In this document: positions 56,865-63,414 of the stretch, piece after piece
Layout of the letters: every line of letters starts with the position of its first letter
Numbering within the stretch: the first letter of the stretch is position 1
Source of the DNA: Candidatus Actinomarina sp.
GTDB lineage: Bacteria > Actinomycetota > Acidimicrobiia > Actinomarinales > Actinomarinaceae
Direction of reading: 5' to 3'
Length of the DNA stretch: 64,000 bases
Assembly (NCBI GenBank): GCA_038142145.1
Contig: JAYQJM010000005.1
Coordinates: 451,816 to 515,815 of the forward strand
Notes under the pieces: model-generated
What the model was told of the DNA's origin: nothing
Databases searched by the model: none
Seen by the model: only the letters and a program-made list of their open reading frames with translations
Translations under genes and position numbers: made by a program

Positions 56865-57038
56865 TTATATAATTTTAAAATATTTAAGCGCTCTAATTGC
56901 AAAATAGATAATGCCAATGAATACAGAAGTAGCTAACAAAATGTCACTCATGCTTGTCTCTGGTGGAATATAAGTTACAGCATTAAAAATTAGAATTGAA
57001 CCAAATATAAGTATTTGAAAGATTTTTTTTCTATTCAT
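56865..57038 (-). CDS. possible 57-aa two-TM peptide
   Basis: Not in the track. My translation is MNRKKIFQILIFGSILIFNAVTYIPPETSMSDILLATSVFIGIIYFAIRALKYFKII. It fills an otherwise empty 194-nt gap. Confidence 0.3.
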   Translation of the reverse strand: MNRKKIFQILIFGSILIFNAVTYIPPETSMSDILLATSVFIGIIYFAIRALKYFKII

Positions 57039-57053
57039 CTAAGGCTTAGCTTA

Positions 57054-57254
57054 CTATTCAAAAAATAGATCAGCTATAGGTGTTCCTTTGAGATACTTTC
57101 TATATTGTTCTAGCTCTTTTGGGTTTTCCATTAAACATGCAGAACAATATGACGGAAGCCCCTTTCTAATTTCAACATTCAGTCCACATAACCAACAATG
57201 TGTTTTTATTAAAGGTAATTCATATTCACTATTTTGATTTAACGCACCATACAT
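57054..57254 (-). CDS. small zinc-ribbon protein
   Basis: 66 aa. The CWLC ... CSAC pair suggests a zinc ribbon. Confidence 0.45.
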   Translation of the reverse strand: MYGALNQNSEYELPLIKTHCWLCGLNVEIRKGLPSYCSACLMENPKELEQYRKYLKGTPIADLFFE

Positions 57255-57375
57255 ATCATATAAATCTAGATTCTCTGTAAGACAGATTTGCTACTGAGAG
57301 AGTAAAAGGAATCCAAAAAATAAAGGAATAAGAAGTATAAATGCTCCTAATAAAATTCTTGTTCCCTTCATAAAA

Positions 57376-57813
57376 TTACTTTTCTCTTATCGATATAAAA
57401 AATACAGCTAACGTCACTAGACCAATAATTGGAGATACTGCACCTGGGGGGGCATCTCCTAAAATTAAAGGTTTATATAGTCCTACTGCTCCTCTTAAAA
57501 TATTTTCTAAAGCAACAATGAGCAACATAAGAGGTATGAATTCTCTCATTTTTAAAACAACAAGTAATAAGATGCAAGCTAAAACTAGCTGAGAAAAACC
57601 CCACTGTGCAAATATTGAAATTATATTGTTTGCAGCTTCAGAAGAATATGACTCAAGCTGAATACCAGCAATCGATTGAGCTCCTCCATCCTCATTAAAT
57701 ATATGCTCTAAACTTCTAAAAAAATTAAATGCAACTAATAGCCATGTGAAATAATAGACAAATTTGTTACTTGGAATTTGATTTTCTATTGTTTCAGGAA
57801 TTATTTTTTTCAT
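57376..57813 (-). CDS. hypothetical membrane protein (4 TM)
   Basis: 145 aa with four hydrophobic helices. It contains the C7/G7 homopolymer at 57446-57452. Confidence 0.55.
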   Translation of the reverse strand: MKKIIPETIENQIPSNKFVYYFTWLLVAFNFFRSLEHIFNEDGGAQSIAGIQLESYSSEAANNIISIFAQWGFSQLVLACILLLVVLKMREFIPLMLLIVALENILRGAVGLYKPLILGDAPPGAVSPIIGLVTLAVFFISIREK

Positions 57814-57997
57814 TCATATCAATTCTAAAAAGAGTATTGATAAATGTTTTGATTATTTATTTAATTAGTATTTAAAGAACATCTATTATGACTGAAACAG
57901 GCTCTATATCGCAGTGAGTGATAAATAAATCAGACTTCAGAAGTGATCAGTTCCAACTTTGTTCCAACTTTTTATAAGTAACTTATAGATAACCCAT

Positions 57998-59281
57998 TCA
58001 ACCTGAATTAATAGAATAGAAATCTACTAATTCATTTAAAGGTTTTGTTGGGAAAAAGCCAACAGGAGGAACTGTATTATCCATTATGAACTGATTAAAG
58101 TTTTTATAAAAATCATCTAAGCTAAGCCCTACATGCTTCTCAAAACTAGATTCAAATCCTAATTGATAAACATCTTCATGAAGGTTAATAAATAAAGTGT
58201 CAAATGAAGTTATATATGCAAGATAAAAATTTATCATTTGCCAACCATCAGAATTGCAAATTCCGGTTTCTCTATATTCTTCTAGTTTTGTAAATTCAGT
58301 GCATTCTCCTTGTTTATTTACAATATCGTTTCTTAAATAATTATATTTTTCTACAAGATTACAACCTGATCCTAAAATAAATCTACCTTTTTTGGTTCCA
58401 GGATCAGCTACAGGATTATTTTCGCAAGCTCCTACTCCGTCAAAATCTTTAACAAATGAAAAATCATTAAAATTATCTATAAAAAACAAAGTTGGGAATA
58501 CTTGTGCCTGCCCCTCAACATACCAAGCTGGCGCATTTACCGGATTGTTTAAGCCACAACAATCATTTTCCATTGCATTTGATCTACCAAATGTATGTGA
58601 TCTTTGAACATGGTGGTAATATTCATGTACAAAACTACCGATTACTTGTAGAAGAAATCCTTCCTCGCCATAGAAATTTTTATTAAATTCTTCATCAGGA
58701 TTTGAGTATGGATAAGGTTGATTACAGAATGAGAATTCATTAAATGTCCAATCTTTATTTCTTCCAAAACTTGATAGACAACTTCTTCTGTCGTAAACAA
58801 TATCTATTGCAGGAGTTTGTTTATTTCCGTTTTCGTCATAGAAATAACCAAATTGATCTAATGCATTAAGAAGTTCAGTGTTATCAGCTTCAATTTCGTA
58901 GATTACATGTACCCATCGATCGTATCCACCAACATAATCAATAAGCTTGTTCATTACCTCTATTTGATATTCTCTAAAATTTTCAGGAATACTATCAGAC
59001 CAAAGAAGACAGAATTCAGGATCTTTTTTAGGAATGTTCAAACCTAATTCTTTACTAACCTCATAAAAATTATTTGTTCCTGGAATTACTAATTCAGGTA
59101 TTGTACATTGAGCATCCTTTGTAAATAGAATTACGCTACCACTCATATTATTTTCCTGAACTGGTGTAGTAGTTGTGGTGTCTTGAACTGTAGTAGTTGT
59201 GGTGTCTTGGACTGAATTATTGTTATTTGAACCTGAACAAGATACAAAAATTAATAGAATTAGAAAATATAATTTTTTCAT
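57998..59281 (-). CDS. orphan Cys-rich lipoprotein with HExxH zinc-metallopeptidase motif
   Basis: 427 aa. Lipobox FVSCSGS, duplicated VQDTTTTT linker and SFVHEYYHHVQRSH (HExxH). About 10 Cys. Confidence 0.6.
   Translation of the reverse strand: MKKLYFLILLIFVSCSGSNNNNSVQDTTTTTVQDTTTTTPVQENNMSGSVILFTKDAQCTIPELVIPGTNNFYEVSKELGLNIPKKDPEFCLLWSDSIPENFREYQIEVMNKLIDYVGGYDRWVHVIYEIEADNTELLNALDQFGYFYDENGNKQTPAIDIVYDRRSCLSSFGRNKDWTFNEFSFCNQPYPYSNPDEEFNKNFYGEEGFLLQVIGSFVHEYYHHVQRSHTFGRSNAMENDCCGLNNPVNAPAWYVEGQAQVFPTLFFIDNFNDFSFVKDFDGVGACENNPVADPGTKKGRFILGSGCNLVEKYNYLRNDIVNKQGECTEFTKLEEYRETGICNSDGWQMINFYLAYITSFDTLFINLHEDVYQLGFESSFEKHVGLSLDDFYKNFNQFIMDNTVPPVGFFPTKPLNELVDFYSINSG
59166..59213. repeat. 2 x 24-nt tandem repeat (1 mismatch) inside the lipoprotein gene
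   Basis: gtagtagttgtggtgtcttgaact / gtagtagttgtggtgtcttggact. It encodes VQDTTTTT twice on the minus strand. Confidence 0.85.
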
Positions 59282-59405
59282 TTCTTGTAGATAATAACAT
59301 TTTGAAATGTAATTTACTCAAGATACTCATGATATTCGAATGTTTTGCTTGGAATTAATTTGGAATCTCTTTAAATTTTCTCAAAAACTAATTAAAATAT
59401 TGGGT

Positions 59406-59780
59406 ATGAAATTTCAAGTAGCAGTATTTACGCGCCATGTTTGTCAGTCAACGGCTGCTTGCGCCACAGCAGCGTCACGCGGAGATATCTCAACTTTCAA
59501 CTTGGAGCACTGGCAAGAAGCATTATCAACAGGTGCAAGTGTTGGTCTTCTTGCAGTGATCTTCACTTTCGGCAGTCTCAAAAAGATTCAGTCCAATCGA
59601 TGGGGAATTGCGGGAATTGCTTTCGTTGCAACTATAATTGCTGACTTCTTAATGGACCATGCAAGTTACGGAGGTCTTATCGGCCAACCCTTAGTAACTG
59701 GACTGAGTGCAGCCTTTTTATCCTTGCTGCTTAGCTCTACAACCTTGGGGAATTTCTTAGAAAAACTTGAAACTGCATAA
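59406..59780 (+). CDS. phage r1t-type holin-like membrane protein (GC-elevated gene)
   Basis: The track ORF starts at 59340. I prefer ATG 59406 (MKFQVAVFTRHVCQSTAACATAA...HWQEALSTGASVGLLAVIFTFGS...). The pattern resembles actinobacterial/phage r1t-family holins (..R..KT.aQ.a.a........W...l..a..a.lsvLts). I hand-counted 165 G+C in 360 nt (59401-59760). Confidence 0.4.
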   Translation: MKFQVAVFTRHVCQSTAACATAASRGDISTFNLEHWQEALSTGASVGLLAVIFTFGSLKKIQSNRWGIAGIAFVATIIADFLMDHASYGGLIGQPLVTGLSAAFLSLLLSSTTLGNFLEKLETA

Positions 59781-59859
59781 CTTTCTATAGAGAATGCCAA
59801 GCCATCGTCACAGTTTATAAAAGTTTGATTGTATAGGCAAAATATGCCAATATTTATTG

Positions 59860-59906
59860 TGGCCAGAGGCAGAATCGAACTGCCGACCCCTTGTTTTTCA
59901 GATAAG
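59860..59906 (-). other. tRNA-Phe(GAA) 3' fragment (anticodon arm to discriminator), att-site-like relic
   Basis: The minus strand reads CTTAT-CTGAAAA-ACAAG GGGTC GGCAG-TTCGATT-CTGCC TCTGGCC-A. There is one A-C mismatch in the anticodon stem. No GGCCAGA acceptor strand or D-arm lies upstream. Confidence 0.75.
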
Positions 59907-59926
59907 TGGTCACGTATAATATCTAC

Positions 59927-60757
59927 ATGAAAAGAATCTATACTTTTGGCCACGAACAAGTTCAAAGAAATATAACCGTTGGTGATATCATTGAAAACAA
60001 AAAAAATAATGTCAAAATGACTCAAGTAACAGCTGCAAATAAAGAAGAAGCAGAGATATTAGCTGAACAAGAGATTGACATGATAATTACAGGAAGTGAC
60101 TGGTATCAAGATGTAAGAAACGGTGCTCCCAATACATTTATAACAGCTGCTTTATTCGCAGGTAGATTTATAACAAACGAAGAGATATTACGAGGAGCAT
60201 TTGATGCTGTTATGGCTGGTGCTGATTCTGTATTAACGCCACGAAGTTATGAAGTTGTTGAAATGCTTGCGAATGAAGGGATGCAAGTTCAGGGGCACGT
60301 TGGAATGGTTCCCTCTATGTCAACAAAGTACGGCGGTATCAGAACAGTTGGTAAAACAGCAGAAGAAGCAGTGGAAATTTTGAAAGATTTAAAAAGATTG
60401 GAAAATGCAGGAGCATTTGGAGCTGAAGTAGAGTGTGTTGCTGATGATGCATTAGAGGAAATCAAAAAACATACTTCATTAGTACTTAATTCACTTGGAT
60501 CAGGATCAGGTGGAGACGTCATATTTTTATTTTTTGAAGATATTTGTGGCGAGACACAGGGAATTAAAAAACCACGACATGCAAAATCTTATGGTGATGG
60601 CAATAAAATTAAAGAAGATCTGAAGATTGAAAGATTGAAATCTGTTCAATCATTTAAAAAAGATGTTGATGGAGGCTCATTTCCTTCAGCTAAATACACA
60701 GTTCAAATGAATACTGGTGAAAAAGATAAGCTATTAGAAATGTTGGATAATTTTTAA
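59927..60757 (+). CDS. PanB (ketopantoate hydroxymethyltransferase)-like protein, divergent
   Basis: The track ORF starts at GTG 59906, inside the tRNA fragment. I prefer ATG 59927. The protein is collinear with PanB (KMTQVTAAN vs TAYD; QGHVGMVPS vs CGHLGLTPQ; VECV vs LECV; LGSGSGGDVIFLFFEDICG vs IGAG..DGQILV.HD). Several catalytic or metal positions differ. Confidence 0.6.
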   Translation: MKRIYTFGHEQVQRNITVGDIIENKKNNVKMTQVTAANKEEAEILAEQEIDMIITGSDWYQDVRNGAPNTFITAALFAGRFITNEEILRGAFDAVMAGADSVLTPRSYEVVEMLANEGMQVQGHVGMVPSMSTKYGGIRTVGKTAEEAVEILKDLKRLENAGAFGAEVECVADDALEEIKKHTSLVLNSLGSGSGGDVIFLFFEDICGETQGIKKPRHAKSYGDGNKIKEDLKIERLKSVQSFKKDVDGGSFPSAKYTVQMNTGEKDKLLEMLDNF

Positions 60758-61623
60758 CTGAACAATTTTGGAAAAAGTTTAGGAGTGTTTTTTAAGTAAT
60801 CTTGATATTCAGGTAAATGACCATATCTTTTTTTACCAATAGCTGTTAGTAAATTAACTCCACTCATACGTGTTAAGAGAACGTATACAAAGATTGGAGA
60901 AATAATAACTCCGTACTCAATACCAGTAATAGTGTGGAGTGACATAATTAAAATTCCTGTCCATAAGGTGATCTCTCCAAAATAATTAGGATGACGCGAT
61001 CTTGACCAAAGTCCTGTATTGATAAATTCTGTATGTGGATCATGTGATTTTCGAAAAGCTCTTTTTTGATAATCTGCAATAGACTCGTAAATAAAGCCAA
61101 ACCACCAAATTGCAGCTCCTGCAATAACAATAGTTGACAGAGTATCTGACTCAGGTGAGAGGATAGCAATTACTGCTGCACACGCGGTTAACGACACCCA
61201 CAATGCTTGTCCCATCCAAAATTGTAAAAACCAAAAGAAGTGTTGTTTTGCTTTATCAAATCGAACATCTTTGCCGTCTTTACGAACTCTTCTGAATAAG
61301 TATGTTCCTAATCTTCCAGCCCATATCAATACATACACAAAAATTAGAGTGTCTAATGTGGTTGGATTATCAACTGATGTATAAGCAACACTTACTACAG
61401 CTATGTATGTCAGGCTTCCAACAAGATCATATACTTTTTCAGTTCGTAATAGATACGATGGAATAAAAGCAATAACCTGAACTGATACAGCTGTTAATAA
61501 AACAAAACTAAATGCATTAATGCCGTATATAGTTGCTTCGATATCTCTACCAACAAAACTTACTAAATAAATTGCTAATAAGAATGCTGATGAATTGATG
61601 ATATTTTTTAACTGTCTACTCAT
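60754..61623 (-). CDS. DUF1295 / steroid-5-alpha-reductase-like membrane protein
   Basis: 289 aa polytopic. GLWSRSRHPNYFGEITLW signature. Confidence 0.75.
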   Translation of the reverse strand: MSRQLKNIINSSAFLLAIYLVSFVGRDIEATIYGINAFSFVLLTAVSVQVIAFIPSYLLRTEKVYDLVGSLTYIAVVSVAYTSVDNPTTLDTLIFVYVLIWAGRLGTYLFRRVRKDGKDVRFDKAKQHFFWFLQFWMGQALWVSLTACAAVIAILSPESDTLSTIVIAGAAIWWFGFIYESIADYQKRAFRKSHDPHTEFINTGLWSRSRHPNYFGEITLWTGILIMSLHTITGIEYGVIISPIFVYVLLTRMSGVNLLTAIGKKRYGHLPEYQDYLKNTPKLFPKLFS

Positions 61624-61662
61624 GTGTTTATTTTATTCTTTTTGAGTAATTAACATGTTGAT

Positions 61663-62157
61663 ATGGAAAATGGTACAAATTTATATGAAGATAATGCATA
61701 TATAACTTACTTTGATGCTCTGTATCTCTTAAATATAGTTTTTAAAAACGATTCAAAGTATGCATTTATTGACTCCTCCCATGTTGAAGGCATTTGGAGT
61801 GATGAAAAAGATAAGTATCATAAATTTTGTAATATAAAAGCCTTTAAATATCAACTTGGTGGCTACGTTATACAGATTGATGATGAATACAAGGGAGCAT
61901 CCGAAGAATTAATGCCACTATCTACGAATATTAAAAATTCTTATAACCCTTTTATAACTAGTGAATCTCCAACTTTTAAAAAAGCATATTGGGCACGAAG
62001 GGACAATGCTTTATCAACATTTGTAGACGGTGATGAAAATATCAATGAACATTATTTTATTGCTGGCTTTACAGAGAAATATGATTATGAGCATCAGAAA
62101 TTACTTGGTTTGAATACCCCATATATAAATTTTGTTATCAATAATGACAAAAGCTAG
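61663..62157 (+). CDS. hypothetical soluble protein
   Basis: 164 aa, Y/D/N-rich. No motif recognised. It lies between the two DUF1295 genes. Confidence 0.45.
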   Translation: MENGTNLYEDNAYITYFDALYLLNIVFKNDSKYAFIDSSHVEGIWSDEKDKYHKFCNIKAFKYQLGGYVIQIDDEYKGASEELMPLSTNIKNSYNPFITSESPTFKKAYWARRDNALSTFVDGDENINEHYFIAGFTEKYDYEHQKLLGLNTPYINFVINNDKS

Positions 62158-62169
62158 TGGTAGAAGTTC

Positions 62170-63075
62170 TTGAAATATTTTAAACCCCTTATTCCCTACC
62201 TTCTAGGTTTATTCGTTTTATACACTCAATCAAATTTCAACGAATTGCTTTCAATCAATTTAATGGTCCAATCTATTCTCTTTTTTATTGTTGTTTGTAT
62301 ACCTATCTATAGAACACAGAGAATGAGTTATGTAGATATTGCATGGCCATGGGGTTTAGTGTTAATAGGACTTGTTAACTATTTCTATAATGATGGATCT
62401 GAAATTAGAGTGCTTATCGCAAGTATCATTGTATCAATTATTGGATTAAGAATGGGCATCGGTGCTCTTGGTTTATGGAAGCAAGGATATTTAAATAAAG
62501 AACTTTCACGATATGAGTATCAAAGAATAGTTTGGAAAAAAGAAGGAAAAACAAATACTCAATTAGCACTTCAAATAGATGCAATCACACAAGGATTAGC
62601 TAATGCAACATTTTTAGCAGTACCTATATTTCTATCTGGATCAAATGGTTCTAACACTTTCACAGTTATTGAATATCTAGGTATTTTTATATGGTTAATG
62701 TCCATAATTCTTGAATCAATTGCTGATAGTCAGAAAATAAAATTTTTACGTACAAAGAAAAAGGAAGGTCTCAAAAATCAGGTTTGTGATGTAGGATTAT
62801 GGAAATATAGTCGTCATCCAAATTATTTCTTTGAATGGATGGTTTGGAATGGTGTTATTTTATATTCAATACCATCACTTTTAAATAATCAGACAATATC
62901 TGGATTTAACTTAATATTTATTGCTGGTTGTTTACTCTATGCTTCGAAGCTAATGTACGACACTTTGGTATATAAGACTGGTGCTGTTCCATCTGAATAC
63001 TTTTCTTTGAAGAAAAGACCTGGATATAAAGAGTACCAAGAAAATACAAGTCAATTTTTTCCACGATTTAAATGA
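62170..63075 (+). CDS. DUF1295 / steroid-5-alpha-reductase-like membrane protein (second paralog)
   Basis: 301 aa, TTG start. GLWKYSRHPNYFFEWMVW signature. Confidence 0.75.
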   Translation: MKYFKPLIPYLLGLFVLYTQSNFNELLSINLMVQSILFFIVVCIPIYRTQRMSYVDIAWPWGLVLIGLVNYFYNDGSEIRVLIASIIVSIIGLRMGIGALGLWKQGYLNKELSRYEYQRIVWKKEGKTNTQLALQIDAITQGLANATFLAVPIFLSGSNGSNTFTVIEYLGIFIWLMSIILESIADSQKIKFLRTKKKEGLKNQVCDVGLWKYSRHPNYFFEWMVWNGVILYSIPSLLNNQTISGFNLIFIAGCLLYASKLMYDTLVYKTGAVPSEYFSLKKRPGYKEYQENTSQFFPRFK

Positions 63076-63092
63076 TATAGAAGATTTTTTTG

Positions 63093-63166
63093 TGGGGAAT
63101 ACAAGACTTGAACTTGTGACCTCTTCCATGTCAAGGAAGCGCTCTGCCAGGCTGAGCTAATTCCCC
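63093..63166 (-). tRNA. tRNA-Val (anticodon GAC)
   Basis: Hand-folded 74-nt cloverleaf: GGGGAAT TA GCTC-AGCCTGGCA-GAGC G CTTCC-TTGACAT-GGAAG AGGTC ACAAG-TTCAAGT-CTTGT ATTCCCC A. All stems are Watson-Crick paired. CCA is not encoded. Confidence 0.93.
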
Positions 63167-63210
63167 AGAACTTCAATTGTACAAAGAAAAGAAACTTTTA
63201 TAAAACGTTT

Positions 63211-63414
63211 TTATCTTTCCGTTGTATAAATTCTTGTTCCAAATCGTAACAATGATCTTTCGACTAATTCAATTAATAAATTAAGGATCCAAAGACCAAG
63301 ATATATAGCTAAAGCAATATGTAAATATAGTGACAATACGTACACAATTCCTGAGTAAACAATAATCCAAGAAATTGTAAATTTAAATGAGTAGATGGGT
63401 GATTGAGAATTCAT
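63211..63414 (-). CDS. hypothetical small membrane protein (2 TM)
   Basis: 67 aa with two hydrophobic helices. Its start shares one nt with the SRAP stop. Confidence 0.4.
   Translation of the reverse strand: MNSQSPIYSFKFTISWIIVYSGIVYVLSLYLHIALAIYLGLWILNLLIELVERSLLRFGTRIYTTER

Noticed and set aside
57950-57971. Tandem 11-mer gttccaacttt x2 in the 184-nt spacer between two minus-strand genes, considered as a possible operator or a CRISPR-like repeat.
   Set aside because: There are only two units, no spacers and no dyad symmetry. It could be a protein-binding site, but nothing in the sequence lets me support that. It is not a CRISPR array.
59340-59405. The N-terminal extension of the holin-like ORF (MFCLELIWNLFKFSQKLIKILG), and likewise the GTG start 59906..59926 of the PanB-like ORF.
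   Set aside because: The first extension is AT-rich, unlike the rest of the gene, and precedes a good ATG. The second begins inside the tRNA-Phe fragment.
59860-59935. Calling a complete tRNA-Phe(GAA) gene here.
   Set aside because: The upstream sequence (..GTAGATATTATACGTGACCA) has no GGCCAGA acceptor strand and no GCTCAG-type D-arm. The anticodon stem also has an A-C mismatch.
29757-61169. Short overlapping or antisense ORFs in the second half: 29757..29942, 30967..31338, 31954..32265, 35423..35677, 35726..36010, 37521..37850, 38436..38750, 39574..39774, 39913..40146, 41281..41472, 41512..41697, 42883..43095, 44996..45238, 45738..45944, 46244..46453, 47743..47955, 49923..50111, 50711..50902, 53322..53549, 54835..55059, 55354..55548, 58392..58607, 58492..58686, 59441..59644, 59666..60025, 60289..60522 and 60948..61169.
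   Set aside because: All overlap better-supported genes on the opposite strand or in another frame. 49923..50111 and 59666..60025 additionally run across the tRNA fragments. None has a recognisable motif.
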